A stretch of DNA of 64,000 nt, taken from assembly GCA_030704665.1 (NCBI GenBank), contig JAUYID010000009.1:458460-522459 (forward strand). Direction: 5' to 3'. The first letter of the stretch is position 1. Each line of letters starts with the position of its first letter. Shown piece after piece: positions 46,681 to 57,190 of this stretch. The notes under the pieces are model-generated. The model was not told where the DNA came from, ran no database searches, and saw only the letters and a program-made list of their open reading frames with translations. Source of the DNA: a bacterium (GTDB lineage Bacteria; Patescibacteriota; Microgenomatia; Woykebacterales; RBG-16-39-9b). The translations under genes and the position numbers were made by a program.

Positions 46681-48684
46681 TTAATCAAAACCGAGATCTT
46701 TTATTTTCTTATCCAGACTGTTTTGCAGAGAGGCGCTCAACTCTCTTCCCCCTCCTTGGAGCAATTTTTCGGCCCAAGCTCGTGCTTTCTTGATCAAAAT
46801 AGTATCAGTGAGAGAAGCTACCTTTAAATCCGGTAGCCCGGCTTGAAGCTGACCAAAGACCTGTCCTGGTCCGCGAAAGCTCAAGTCGGTCTCTGCTAGA
46901 GCAAAGCCGGAGGTCAGAGTTTCCATCTTTTTTAACCGTGCCAGGTTCTCTCCATCTGAGAAAAGTAAACAGAAAGACTGTCTCTCCCTCCGACCGACTC
47001 GCCCCCGAAGCTGATGCAGGCTTGCCAAACCAAAACGGTCCGCTCCTTCAATCAAAATTATCGTTGCGTTGGGAATATCAATACCAACTTCAACGACAGG
47101 AGTTGCTACCAGGATCTGGTCTTGGTTACTTCGGAAGCGATCCAAGACTTGACCCTTTTCTTTTGAGGACAGTTTGCCATGAAGAAGCCCGATCTCAAAC
47201 TCAGGAAAAATTTCCTCACTTAAAAAAGCAAACTCCTTTTTGACCGAACGGAGACTTTGAAGGGTTTCTGATTCCTCAATCAAAGGGCAGACGATAAAGG
47301 CCTGTTCGCCAGCTTTGATATGTTTGCGAATAAAATCATAGGCAGCGTCTCTCTTCTCTGGGCCGACCAAGCGTGTCTTGGCCACTTTTCTACCTGCCGG
47401 CAGGTCCTCCAAAACACTAACCTCCAGCTCTCCAAAAAAAATTAGCGCTAGAGTACGAGGAATTGGGGTCGCGCTTAGGGTTAAAACATTGGGTATTAGA
47501 GCCTTTTGCCGCAGTTTGCTGCGTTGTTCTACTCCGAAGCGGTGTTGTTCGTCAATGACGACCAAGCCGATTTCACTTTTTTTGAAGTCTAGATTCAGTA
47601 AGGCCTGAGTTCCTACCAAAACAGTGGCGGCAACTTTAGTTTTTTCGGCTCCAGTAGCTAGTCCAATCGAAAAAGGAGTCTTTGAAAAGACTGTTTCTAG
47701 GCTCCTGAAGTGCTGTTTAGCAAGGATTTCAGTTGGAGCCATAAAGATAGTTCTCTGCCCGTTGCTACCGGCCACAAAGGCAGCTAGGGCGGCCACGATT
47801 GTCTTTCCACTCCCAACCTCACCCTGCAAGAGCCTATTCATCGCTTGGGTTTTTCGAAGATCTGCCAAGATTTCCTTGGTGGCTTTCAGTTGCGAATTGG
47901 TTAGTTTAAAAGGCAGAGACTTTATCAACTTTTCAATTTCCTTTTCCGGAATTTCAAAAGCCGGTCTTTTTTGCTTTTCTTGATTTACTCTTTTTCTCTT
48001 TAAACTGGCGAGTTGTAGTAGGAACAATTCTTCGAAAGCAAAGCGCCTTTTGGCTCTTTTGGCAGCTTCTAAGGCCTTGGGAAAATGAATGTCTTTTAAG
48101 GCTTCAAGCAGAGTTGGAAGACCCTCTTTTTTCAAAATTGCTTCCGGCAAGGAGTCTAAAAGCTGCTCAGAAAAAGAGTCAAGAAGGAACTTTATCTTTT
48201 CCCGTAGCCACCTTGAATTTAAGCCCGCAGTTTGGGGATAAACCGGTACAAGAGGTGCAGTGTGCAGGACCACTTCTCTTTCAAGTTCCCAGGTTGGGCT
48301 GACAAAAGTGAGTTTACCTCGGTAGAGACTCACTTTTCCAGCAAGGTGGACTCTTGAAAGGTTTTTGAGCATTTTTTCCAAATAAGGTTGGTTGAACCAA
48401 ACTGCCTCAACACTACCACTTCCGTCATTTAAAAGCGCTGTAGTCAAAAACTTCCCAGCGTAAGTCCGAATTGTTTTGACTTGCCAAACTTGGGCCTCAA
48501 TACTCGCCTTTTGTTCCGGCTGCAAATTGGAAATGAGCTTTTTGTCCTGCAGATTTTCATAACGGCTGGGAAAATAAAAGAGCAGATCTGCTAGTGTTTT
48601 TATACCAAGCTTTTCAAGCAAAGAGGCGGTTTTGAAACCGATTTTTGGCAATTCTGTGACCGGACTTTGAAGAGAAAACTGCAT
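46681..48684 (-). CDS. recG: ATP-dependent DNA helicase RecG
   Basis: Wedge domain. Walker A GEVGSGKT. DEQHRFGV. Helicase C-terminal motifs. Confidence 0.9.
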   Translation of the reverse strand: MQFSLQSPVTELPKIGFKTASLLEKLGIKTLADLLFYFPSRYENLQDKKLISNLQPEQKASIEAQVWQVKTIRTYAGKFLTTALLNDGSGSVEAVWFNQPYLEKMLKNLSRVHLAGKVSLYRGKLTFVSPTWELEREVVLHTAPLVPVYPQTAGLNSRWLREKIKFLLDSFSEQLLDSLPEAILKKEGLPTLLEALKDIHFPKALEAAKRAKRRFAFEELFLLQLASLKRKRVNQEKQKRPAFEIPEKEIEKLIKSLPFKLTNSQLKATKEILADLRKTQAMNRLLQGEVGSGKTIVAALAAFVAGSNGQRTIFMAPTEILAKQHFRSLETVFSKTPFSIGLATGAEKTKVAATVLVGTQALLNLDFKKSEIGLVVIDEQHRFGVEQRSKLRQKALIPNVLTLSATPIPRTLALIFFGELEVSVLEDLPAGRKVAKTRLVGPEKRDAAYDFIRKHIKAGEQAFIVCPLIEESETLQSLRSVKKEFAFLSEEIFPEFEIGLLHGKLSSKEKGQVLDRFRSNQDQILVATPVVEVGIDIPNATIILIEGADRFGLASLHQLRGRVGRRERQSFCLLFSDGENLARLKKMETLTSGFALAETDLSFRGPGQVFGQLQAGLPDLKVASLTDTILIKKARAWAEKLLQGGGRELSASLQNSLDKKIKDLGFD

Positions 48685-48790
48685 CAGGAGCCGTAGTAAA
48701 GAGATTCTAGAAGGGGCAGAACCATCAAACTAAAAATAACTAAGATAGCAATTGCCGCCCAAATGGTTTTTTGGTGTTTTCGAATTAACT

Positions 48791-50005
48791 TCACTTTATT
48801 TTCCTCCAGCGAACGAGCAAAAAACCTCTTTTTCCCACCTTTAGAAAAGTTTGGTGCCCCTTGATTTGCAAATTCTCCAAAGGCAGACGATGAGGCTTGT
48901 TGTCGATCTCCACTCCACCTTGTTCGATCAAGCGCAGTGCAGCTGAGTTTGAGGGAGCCAATTTGGTTAGTTTGATGAGCTCTAGAACGCTCAGCGGTCC
49001 TCCTGGGAGATCCAAGGTGGTTTCCGGAGTGGTACTAGGAGCCTGTTTTTGGCGGAAGACTCGGTCAAACTCGTTTTGTGCCTCCAGTGCTTGTCTTTTT
49101 CCATAATATTTTTCCGTCAGAGTAGCCGCTAGTTTAAGTTTTAGATCCATAGGGTTGACAGCTTTCAAATTCAGTTGGGCAGCCACTTTTTGAATTTGCT
49201 TTTCGCTTTCGTTGGTGAGCCTGTTTAAATACTCGACAATGAGGTCATCACGCAAGGACATGATTTTGCCAAAGATATCGTTTGCCCCAGAATCGACGGG
49301 GACGATATTTCCGGCTGACTTGCTCATCTTTTTTCCGTCTAGCCCCGGAAGAAGGTGGGTCGTCAAAACAAATTTCTCCTTTTTTAAATAGGTTTTGACA
49401 AGTTGGCGGCCAACTAGCATATTAAAAGTTTGATCAGTACCCCCAATCTCAAGGTCTACTTTCATCGCCACTGAATCGTAACCCTGCATCAGGGGATAAA
49501 AAAACTCATGGAGGCTGATTGGGCGGTTTTGTTCTAAACGAGCCTGAAACATGTCCCTCTCAAGCATCTGTTGGACAGTGAGTTGCGAAGCAAGCTCAAT
49601 TAAATCTTTAAAGTTGACTTTATCAAGCCAGGCACTGTTGTATTTAATTTTAGCTGCCTTTCTTCCAGAAAAGGAGAGGATTTTACTTGCCTGTTTCTGG
49701 TAAGTTTTGGAGTTTTCCAAGACTTGATTGCGGGTGAGGGGAATTCTAGTCTTGTCTTTTCCGGTTGGGTCGCCGATCATGCCAGTGAAATCCCCGACTA
49801 GCAGGATCACCTCGTGACCTAGGTCTTGGAAAAGGCGAAGTTTTTCCAAAAGAATAGTGTGTCCCAAATGAATTTCTGGGCTTGAGGGATCAACTCCTAG
49901 GTAAACTCGAAGTTTCTTAGCTGACTTAAGTTGATTTTCCAAAGCTTGTGGGGAGGGGTAGATCGAGTCAACGTTGTCTTTTAGAAGTGAAGTTAGGTCT
50001 TTCAT
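48791..50005 (-). CDS. tyrS: Tyrosyl-tRNA synthetase
   Basis: HLGH-type HIGH motif. KMSKS. C-terminal S4 domain. Confidence 0.95.
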   Translation of the reverse strand: MKDLTSLLKDNVDSIYPSPQALENQLKSAKKLRVYLGVDPSSPEIHLGHTILLEKLRLFQDLGHEVILLVGDFTGMIGDPTGKDKTRIPLTRNQVLENSKTYQKQASKILSFSGRKAAKIKYNSAWLDKVNFKDLIELASQLTVQQMLERDMFQARLEQNRPISLHEFFYPLMQGYDSVAMKVDLEIGGTDQTFNMLVGRQLVKTYLKKEKFVLTTHLLPGLDGKKMSKSAGNIVPVDSGANDIFGKIMSLRDDLIVEYLNRLTNESEKQIQKVAAQLNLKAVNPMDLKLKLAATLTEKYYGKRQALEAQNEFDRVFRQKQAPSTTPETTLDLPGGPLSVLELIKLTKLAPSNSAALRLIEQGGVEIDNKPHRLPLENLQIKGHQTFLKVGKRGFLLVRWRKIK

Positions 50006-50066
50006 CGGTTCTTGAACTTGCTTGGAATACCATCTTACTTTAAAATTATGTTAAAATACAAGTCTT

Positions 50067-52589
50067 ATGAGTTATTCCTTGTTGCCTCCGCCGCCTCGTG
50101 GCTCATCTCGCCTTCTTTCGCGTCGACGGGCCTCACGTCGTAAAGTAAAAATATTGGGTGCTTTGGTCACGGCCTTGTTTCTTTTTTTTATTGTCTCAAT
50201 TCTGGGCGCGGTCATTGCCTTCGGGTTTTTTGCTCGTGATCTCCCCTCCCCGGGCAAACTTACTGACCGCACTGTTGACCAGTCAACCAAGATTTTTGAT
50301 CGCCACCACGTACTACTCTACGATGTTTACGGAGAACAAAATCGAACTTTGGTTACCCTCGATAAAATTCCCAAAACGTTGAAAGACGCCACAATTGCTA
50401 TAGAAGATAAAAATTTCTACAAGCACCGCGGCTTTGACGTTGCGGGGTACCTGCGTTCTTTCAAAGAAATAATTGTCGATCACAAGTTGACAGGAGGCTC
50501 GACGATCACCCAACAGCTTGTTAAAAAAGCCCTTCTTTCCGACGAGAGAACGGTGACAAGAAAAATTAAAGAGTTTATTCTTGCTACTCAGATCGAGAGA
50601 CGCTACAGTAAAGATGAGATTTTGCAACTCTATTTGAATGAAATTCCCTATGGAGGGACCGCTTGGGGTGTGGAGGCCGCCTCAGACCAATATTTTGGCA
50701 AGCATGCCTCTGAGCTCAATCTAACTGAATCAGCTATTTTGGCCGGCTTACCACAACTACCCAGTGCCTACTCCCCTTTTGGACCAGATCCAAAGGCTTA
50801 CATCAACCGTTCCAAAGAGGTCCTGCGTCGAATGCGTGAAGACAATTATATCGATGCTGACCAAGAAAAGAAGGCAATTGAAGAGTTACCAAAAGTAAAG
50901 TTCGCCAAATTTGGTCAAGGTATCAAGGCACCCCACTTCTCTCTCTTCGTCAAAAAACTACTGGAGGAAAAATACGGTGAACAAAGAGTTCTTGAAGGGG
51001 GTTTGCAAGTCACCACGACTTTGGATCTTAAAACCCAAAATATGGCTCAAAAAGTAGTTAGGGATACCGTCAAGGCTCAAAAAAATCTATTCGTTGGCAA
51101 CGGAGCCGCCGTGGTTCAGGAAACCAAGACCGGACAGGTACTGGCTCTAGTTGGTTCCAAAGACTATTTCGCCAAAGATATTCAAGGAAATTATGATGTT
51201 GCAACCCAAGGCTTGCGCCAGCCAGGTTCTGCTTTGAAACCTTTCAACTATCTAACTGGCTTTGAAAAAGGTTTTACTCCTGCGACCATGTTTATTGATG
51301 AAAGAACAAACTTTGGTGGAGGGTACACTCCTGTCAACTACGACGGACGTTTCCGAGGGCCAATTTCGGTGCGTAATGCTTTAGGAAGCTCTTACAACAT
51401 TCCAGCTGTCAAGATGTTGGGGGTAAACGGTGTCGAAGACTTTGTCAAAACCCTGCAGGATTTTGGTATTACCACTTTGAACAACCCCTCCCAGTATGGA
51501 CTTTCGTTGACTTTGGGAGGAGGGGCAGTCCGCCTTTATGAGCTGACCAACGCCTACTCAATTTTGGGTAACCTTGGTAAAAGTGTCTCTCCAACGGTGA
51601 TTTTGAAAGTTGCCGATTCCGAAGGTAACGTCTTGGAAGAGTACAAAAACCATGAGGGTCGGCAGGTTGTAGCCCCGGAACATGCCTACTTGGTAGACCA
51701 CATTCTTTCTGACAAAACAGCCAAATTTAGTGCTTTTGGAAGTTACGCCAACTTTTTGAACTTCAAACCAAACATTGCTGTTAAAACCGGAACTTCAGAC
51801 AACAAAGTCGACAACTGGGCCTTTGGTACCACTACTTCCTATACCGTGGGGACCTGGGTCGGCAACAACGACAACTCACCACTTAATCCCCGTCTTGCCT
51901 CAGGTATCACCGGGGCTTCTCCAATGTGGCACGATATTATGGCCAAAGTTCTTGACAGCAACCCCTTGAAAAGAAACACGACGGAAACCTTCACTCGTCC
52001 TGCTGGGGTAGTGACCGCCAAAGTCGATGCCCTCTCAGGGATGAAACCAGGACCTTACACAACTCAAACCCGCAGCGAGGTCTTTACCAAGTGGCAAGTG
52101 CCAACTCAGGAAGACGATATGCACCTCAAGATCCGGATTTGTAAACCTTCTGGACTCCTTGCTTCCCCTGCCTGTGAGGCGGCCGGTCAGGCTCAGAATA
52201 AACTTTACACTGTCCTCTATGACCCCTACACCAAGCTTTTCAAGCCAGGCTATAAAAAATGCTCTCCTTGCCCCCCAACAAAGGTTGATACTTCAGTTGA
52301 CGGTTCCGAGAGACCGACAGTGGAAATTACTTCGCCTGCCGACGGGAGTAACTTTTTGCTGGGAAGTTTTGACGTGACTGCGACTGTTACAACTCCCGCG
52401 GGGACAACAATTATCGATGTTAGGGCCTATTTGGACGATGATCCGAGTCCTATTGCCTCATACTCATCGGACCCGTACAGCTTTCATTACAGTGGGGTTA
52501 GCAATGGTAATCACACGGTAAAAATTGTTGCCTTTGCTAGCGATGGCACAACTGGGGAAGATTTGATCGATGTTGACATTGGACCCTAA
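50067..52589 (+). CDS. Class A penicillin-binding protein (glycosyltransferase plus transpeptidase) with a C-terminal Ig-like extension
   Basis: EDKNFYKHRGFD glycosyltransferase motif. SxxK, SxN and KTG transpeptidase motifs. Confidence 0.9.
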   Translation: MSYSLLPPPPRGSSRLLSRRRASRRKVKILGALVTALFLFFIVSILGAVIAFGFFARDLPSPGKLTDRTVDQSTKIFDRHHVLLYDVYGEQNRTLVTLDKIPKTLKDATIAIEDKNFYKHRGFDVAGYLRSFKEIIVDHKLTGGSTITQQLVKKALLSDERTVTRKIKEFILATQIERRYSKDEILQLYLNEIPYGGTAWGVEAASDQYFGKHASELNLTESAILAGLPQLPSAYSPFGPDPKAYINRSKEVLRRMREDNYIDADQEKKAIEELPKVKFAKFGQGIKAPHFSLFVKKLLEEKYGEQRVLEGGLQVTTTLDLKTQNMAQKVVRDTVKAQKNLFVGNGAAVVQETKTGQVLALVGSKDYFAKDIQGNYDVATQGLRQPGSALKPFNYLTGFEKGFTPATMFIDERTNFGGGYTPVNYDGRFRGPISVRNALGSSYNIPAVKMLGVNGVEDFVKTLQDFGITTLNNPSQYGLSLTLGGGAVRLYELTNAYSILGNLGKSVSPTVILKVADSEGNVLEEYKNHEGRQVVAPEHAYLVDHILSDKTAKFSAFGSYANFLNFKPNIAVKTGTSDNKVDNWAFGTTTSYTVGTWVGNNDNSPLNPRLASGITGASPMWHDIMAKVLDSNPLKRNTTETFTRPAGVVTAKVDALSGMKPGPYTTQTRSEVFTKWQVPTQEDDMHLKIRICKPSGLLASPACEAAGQAQNKLYTVLYDPYTKLFKPGYKKCSPCPPTKVDTSVDGSERPTVEITSPADGSNFLLGSFDVTATVTTPAGTTIIDVRAYLDDDPSPIASYSSDPYSFHYSGVSNGNHTVKIVAFASDGTTGEDLIDVDIGP

Positions 52590-54556
52590 GAAGTCCGGAT
52601 TTTGGCCTGAAGAGATTTTTCCAGTTTTCTACTGAGTTGCTTTCTTACTTTACTTACCTCCTGATCAGTTAGGGTTCTATCTTTGGCTTGGTAAGTGATC
52701 CGAACTGCAACAGATTTTCTTTCTTTTTCTTCAAAAATATCAAAAACTTCTACTTCTTTGATTAGGTTGTTGCTACGGATTACTTTAAGAACTTCTCCTG
52801 CCGGTACCTCCTTGCTAATAAACATTGAAAGGTCCTCAATGATCGGCGGGAATTTTTCCAAAGCTTCATAATGATAGGAGAACGGCAGTCGTGCCAAATT
52901 TTCCAGGTAAACGGTGCCTCCAATCAGGGGTGAGCCGATTTCAAAGTTTTTCAAAATGTCTGCATTGACCGAGCCCACCTCAGACACAAGCATCTTGCCG
53001 ATTTCGAAGCTTACTTTGGAACTAAAAATGCCGTCCTTGGTCAACCTCTCGGTGGACTGACCCGCGTTGTTGAGGAGATCTTTTAGGGCGCCTTTTGCTT
53101 TTAGAAAAGAATTGGTGGTGACGAAACTTAAGATCTTAGGTTGGTTTGGCAAAGCCTCTCCAGAAGCAAAAACGCGCCCAATCTCAAAAAAAGAAATTTC
53201 CTTTTCACTGCGCTGGTTTTTCTCGACCGCAGCGAACAGCTCCGGCAATAGACTCGGACGCAGATATTCAAAGTCCTCACTCATGGGATTATCTACCTTT
53301 AAGACTTCCGAGAGGTCAAATTTTGCTTGCTTGAGCTTAGAAGGGCTTAAAAGTGTGTAGGTCATAGTTTGGTTGTATCCAGAGGCCTTAAACCTTTCTA
53401 CTAAACAGCCTTCCCAGTCGAATTCGAAAGCGTCGGGGTGTGTTGGAGGCTCTCCTCTAGGTAGAGCTTTGGGAAAGAAATTGTAACCCCAAATTCGGCC
53501 TATCTCTTCGACCAAATCAATACTTTGCTCAATATCAGTGCGCCAGCTCGGAACAATTACATTTAAAGTCTCCTCTTTGAAAGGGTCTTCACTGACTTGA
53601 AAACCCAGTGAAGAGAGAATATTGACTATAGCAGTCGTTTTAATCTCAATTCCCAAGTTCTTTTCTACCTCAAGTAAATTAAAGCTGATTTTTGTTTCCT
53701 TCTCAGGGACAAGGCTTTTCGGCTCGCTTGCCAAAGTTGCGCCTGTGGTTTCGTTTAAGAGCTTGACCGCTCTCTCAAAAGCTCTTAGGTGCCCTGCTGG
53801 ATCAAGTTTTTTTTCAAAACGATTGGAAGCTTCAGTGCGCAGACCTAGGTTTTGACTGGTACGGCGGATTGCAACAGGATCATAAATTGGAACGTGCAGA
53901 AAAACCCGCTTCGTCCCTTCATCAATTTCAGAGTTTTCACCACCCATGATGCCAGCCAAATCAATCAGCTTTTTCGAATCCTCAATGATTATTGAGCCTG
54001 CCTTTAGTTTCCTTTCGATTCCATCTAGAGTTTTGACGCTTTCCCCTTCTTTGGCAGCTCGCAGAAAAATCTCTCCTTCAACTTTATCGAAATCAAAAGC
54101 GTGCATGGGCTGGCCAGTTTCGTGCATGACGTAGTTGGTCACATCAACGACATTGTTGAGTGGGCGTATTCCGACTAGTTTCAGTCTTTCTGCAAGCCAG
54201 GTTGGAGAAGGCCCAATGGAGATGTTTTCGATCAGCCCATAAGTATAGTAAGGACAGAGTTTTTTGTCCAAAATTTTTAAGCTGGGCGCAGCACCAAGTT
54301 TTTTGGGAGGTAGCAAGAATTCTGTTTCTAGGGCTAGCAAGTCCTGCTTGGTTACGACTGCAATCTCTCGTGCAACACCGTAAATTGAGAGGGTGTCAGG
54401 GCGATTGGAAGTTATTTCCAGATTGAAAACAGTTTCCCCGTTTGCCTTTTGAATCTCCTCAACCTTAGTACCAGAAAGAAGAAGCTTCTCGGCAAGTTTT
54501 TCCGGAGAAGTTGTGATTTTTGTATATTCCTTAAGCCAAGAAAGTGGAGCCAACAT
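52586..54556 (-). CDS. pheT: Phenylalanyl-tRNA synthetase beta subunit (short form)
   Basis: B3/4 and B5 domains, FDFDKVEG. Translationally close to pheS. Confidence 0.95.
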   Translation of the reverse strand: MLAPLSWLKEYTKITTSPEKLAEKLLLSGTKVEEIQKANGETVFNLEITSNRPDTLSIYGVAREIAVVTKQDLLALETEFLLPPKKLGAAPSLKILDKKLCPYYTYGLIENISIGPSPTWLAERLKLVGIRPLNNVVDVTNYVMHETGQPMHAFDFDKVEGEIFLRAAKEGESVKTLDGIERKLKAGSIIIEDSKKLIDLAGIMGGENSEIDEGTKRVFLHVPIYDPVAIRRTSQNLGLRTEASNRFEKKLDPAGHLRAFERAVKLLNETTGATLASEPKSLVPEKETKISFNLLEVEKNLGIEIKTTAIVNILSSLGFQVSEDPFKEETLNVIVPSWRTDIEQSIDLVEEIGRIWGYNFFPKALPRGEPPTHPDAFEFDWEGCLVERFKASGYNQTMTYTLLSPSKLKQAKFDLSEVLKVDNPMSEDFEYLRPSLLPELFAAVEKNQRSEKEISFFEIGRVFASGEALPNQPKILSFVTTNSFLKAKGALKDLLNNAGQSTERLTKDGIFSSKVSFEIGKMLVSEVGSVNADILKNFEIGSPLIGGTVYLENLARLPFSYHYEALEKFPPIIEDLSMFISKEVPAGEVLKVIRSNNLIKEVEVFDIFEEKERKSVAVRITYQAKDRTLTDQEVSKVRKQLSRKLEKSLQAKIRTS

Positions 54557-54566
54557 AGAATAAAAA

Positions 54567-55553
54567 TCAAAATTGCTTTAAAAAGCGCAAATCACTACTA
54601 TAAAACAAACGAATGTCCTCGATTCCGTATTTGAGCATGGCAATGCGTTCCGGACCCATTCCAAAGGCCCAGCCACGGTATTTCTTGGGATCATGGCCGG
54701 TATTTTTGATGACTTCGGGATGAACCATGCCTGCTCCTAATATCTCCAGCCATTTGTTTCCTTTGTAAAGAACCTCAACCTCAATCGAAGGCTCGGTGTA
54801 GGGAAAGTGATGGCCGTAAACGCGAATTTTGGTTTCTTCACCAAAAAGTCGGCGAGCAAAAAAATCCAACACCCCAATTAAATCAGTCATTTTGGCATTT
54901 TGGTCAACTAGTAGACCTTCTAATTGCAAAAAACCTGGTAAGTGAGTTGCATCAATTGCTTCCCGACGGTAAACCCGCCCGGGAAAGAGGACCCGAACCG
55001 GTGGCTTGTGCCTTTCTAAATAGCGGGCTTGCATTGATGAAGTGTGAGTTCGCAAAAGGTTTTTTCCAACGTAGTAGGTTTGTTGTGTGTCCCGAGCCGG
55101 ATGGTCGGGGTGGAGACGCAGTTTTTGAAAATTGTACTCGTCAGTTTCTACCTCTGGTCCGTCAACCCAAGAGAAACCCAAGTATTTAAAAATTTCCTTA
55201 ATTTCCTCAATTACCAACAAAGCGGGATGAGAATGCCCTGTTTTTGGCTTTTCTCCCGGCAGACTAGGGTCAAAAGTTGAGATAGGGGAAGTTTTGTTTT
55301 TTTGAACCTTTGCTGCGGGTGAAGACTCCTTTTGTAAAAGAGCCTCTTCTACTTCTTTTTTTAACTTGTTAAGATCAGGAACTAATTTTCTTTTTTCCGC
55401 CAGAGAAAGTTTGGGAATTTCTTTGAAAAGGTCAGTAAGCAAGCCTTGCTTGCGACCAAGAAATTTAACTCGTAGCTTCTCGATTTCTTCAACCGAATTG
55501 GCAAGCTCAAGTTCTGCGAAAAATTCCTTTTTTATTTTGTCCAGAGACATCAT
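54567..55553 (-). CDS. pheS: Phenylalanyl-tRNA synthetase alpha subunit
   Basis: Class II motifs FPYTEPSIEVEV and GAGMVHP. Confidence 0.95.
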   Translation of the reverse strand: MMSLDKIKKEFFAELELANSVEEIEKLRVKFLGRKQGLLTDLFKEIPKLSLAEKRKLVPDLNKLKKEVEEALLQKESSPAAKVQKNKTSPISTFDPSLPGEKPKTGHSHPALLVIEEIKEIFKYLGFSWVDGPEVETDEYNFQKLRLHPDHPARDTQQTYYVGKNLLRTHTSSMQARYLERHKPPVRVLFPGRVYRREAIDATHLPGFLQLEGLLVDQNAKMTDLIGVLDFFARRLFGEETKIRVYGHHFPYTEPSIEVEVLYKGNKWLEILGAGMVHPEVIKNTGHDPKKYRGWAFGMGPERIAMLKYGIEDIRLFYSSDLRFLKQF

Positions 55554-56040
55554 ATTTTAGAATATCACAATCGTTTTCTAAACCACAAAAAAAGCCCTCA
55601 ATCCATCGGGACGAGGACTCCTCGCTTCTACCACCCGATTTCCCCTCACCTCAATTGGTGGGGACACTTAGTACTCTGCTCCGCCTAAAAAGGACGGACG
55701 ATTTACTTTGGGTCTTTGACGGGACCTTCCGTCGAAGCCTTGTCAACTTCGCGACTCGGGAGTGAACAGCGTCTTCTTGTTTATCCCCTTCCTCGTCTAA
55801 GCGGGACTCTCAGGAAACAAGAAATAGAACACCACTTCTCTTTCATTGTCTTTGGTTTTTTAAGTTGTTGAAAGCGATTCTACCTTGAGAAGAAAAAAGT
55901 GTCAAGAAAAGAAAATGGCCCCTTGATGGGAAGCTTACGCCTGCCCTACATAAGCTTCCCACCAAAAGGCCAAAATCAAATTGTGAACAGAGTATAGCAT
56001 AAATAGGTCTTTTTGTCAAGACTATGGGGCTAAAAAATAA
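55554..56040 (-). promoter_or_regulatory. Leader of about 490 nt upstream of pheST. It carries two tandem consensus promoters, P1 (-35 at 56014-56019, -10 at 55991-55996) and P2 (-35 at 55900-55905, -10 at 55877-55882). There is a T-box-like GGGUGGUAG motif and a terminal U-tract.
   Basis: On the minus strand: TTGACA-17-TATACT and TTGACA-17-TAGAAT. A strong GGGAAGCTTA/TAAGCTTCCC hairpin. GUUCAC, a possible Phe specifier. CUUUUUUU lies just before the pheS SD. Confidence 0.45.
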
Positions 56041-56060
56041 CTATGCTATAGGGTTTGAAG

Positions 56061-56411
56061 TTATTTGCCTAAAACTTTTTCGACCACTTTTTTGAAAGTA
56101 CTCGGATCGTTGGCAGCAATATTAGCCAAAGTTTTTCGGTCAAGCTCCACTTTGGCCTCTTTAAGAGCTTTTAAAAAGTTCGAGTAGTTGGTTTGTGTTT
56201 CAGTCAAGGCAGCGCTAATAGTGCTAATCCAACTAGTACGAAAATCGCGTCTTCTCAGTCTTCTTCCGGCGTAGGCGTACGCTCCAGCGTGCATCGAAGC
56301 TTCCTTGGCAACTCTAAAAAGTCTATTTTTTGCCCCACGATAACCTTTGGTCGATTTGAGGACCTTCTTGTGACTTAATTTTCGTGTTACTCCTCTTTTT
56401 ACTCTAGCCAT
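56061..56411 (-). CDS. rplT: 50S ribosomal protein L20
   Basis: MARVKRGVTRKLSHKKVLK. Confidence 0.95.
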   Translation of the reverse strand: MARVKRGVTRKLSHKKVLKSTKGYRGAKNRLFRVAKEASMHAGAYAYAGRRLRRRDFRTSWISTISAALTETQTNYSNFLKALKEAKVELDRKTLANIAANDPSTFKKVVEKVLGK

Positions 56412-56417
56412 GATGAT

Positions 56418-56618
56418 TTATTTTCCCAAAAGTCTGGTTATGCTGATTTTGTCTTTGCCAGTTACTTCAGCAGGCTCACCTTGACGGCGTAGTCTGGCAC
56501 TGTTTTTCGAATCTTTAAGATGGGAAGAATAACCGTGCCTGCGCATCACTTTTCCGGTTGCAGTGAGATTGAAGCGTTTCTTCGCACCTTTTTTTGTTTT
56601 AACTTTGTTTGCCATCAT
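56418..56618 (-). CDS. rpmI: 50S ribosomal protein L35
   Basis: Lys/Arg-rich 66 aa protein in the infC-rpmI-rplT order. Confidence 0.9.
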   Translation of the reverse strand: MMANKVKTKKGAKKRFNLTATGKVMRRHGYSSHLKDSKNSARLRRQGEPAEVTGKDKISITRLLGK

Positions 56619-56674
56619 TTATACCTATATTTTCAGCAAAGATTGCATTCTTTGCCTACTTTGTTTTTCATGAT

Positions 56675-57190
56675 TTAATGCTTCTTTATCGGGTTAAATG
56701 ACAAAACCAAATTTCTGCCAAAAAACTTCGGTGTGCCGTCTTTAATCCCAAAATCGACTAAACTTTCTTCTGATTTTTTCAAAACTTCGTGTCCAAACTC
56801 TGGGTGAGCCATTTCTCGACCAGAGAAACGAACATTCAACTTCACTCTGTCTCCGGCGGCCAAAAACTCTTTAGCGCGCTTTAGTCTTGTTTCCAGGTCG
56901 TGAGTGCTGATCAGAGGACCGAGCCAAACTTCCTTAGTGTCTGTCTCGTGGGTGTGTTTCCTTGCCTGGCGTTCTCTCTTGGCTTCCTCGTATTTAAATT
57001 TTTTAAAATCAATGATCTTGACGACAGGTGGTTTAGCGCTGGCGGCGACCTCGACCAAATCAAGACCCTGTTCCTGTGCCTGACGACGTGCCTCTTCGAT
57101 ACCGACCACTCCCAACTGCTTGCCAGCAGAGTCAAGAAGGCGCACCTCTTTGGCTTGAATATTGTTATTCAAGCGGTAATACCTACCCAA
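56675..57190 (-). CDS. infC: Translation initiation factor IF-3
   Basis: EVRLLDSAGKQLGVV... C-terminal domain. Operon context. Confidence 0.9.
   Translation of the reverse strand: MGRYYRLNNNIQAKEVRLLDSAGKQLGVVGIEEARRQAQEQGLDLVEVAASAKPPVVKIIDFKKFKYEEAKRERQARKHTHETDTKEVWLGPLISTHDLETRLKRAKEFLAAGDRVKLNVRFSGREMAHPEFGHEVLKKSEESLVDFGIKDGTPKFFGRNLVLSFNPIKKH

Noticed and set aside
55620-55640. Confident T-box riboswitch call
   Set aside because: The core reads GGGUGGUAGAAGCG rather than GGGUGGNACCGCG, and the terminator helix is weak. Reported only as a candidate within the leader finding.
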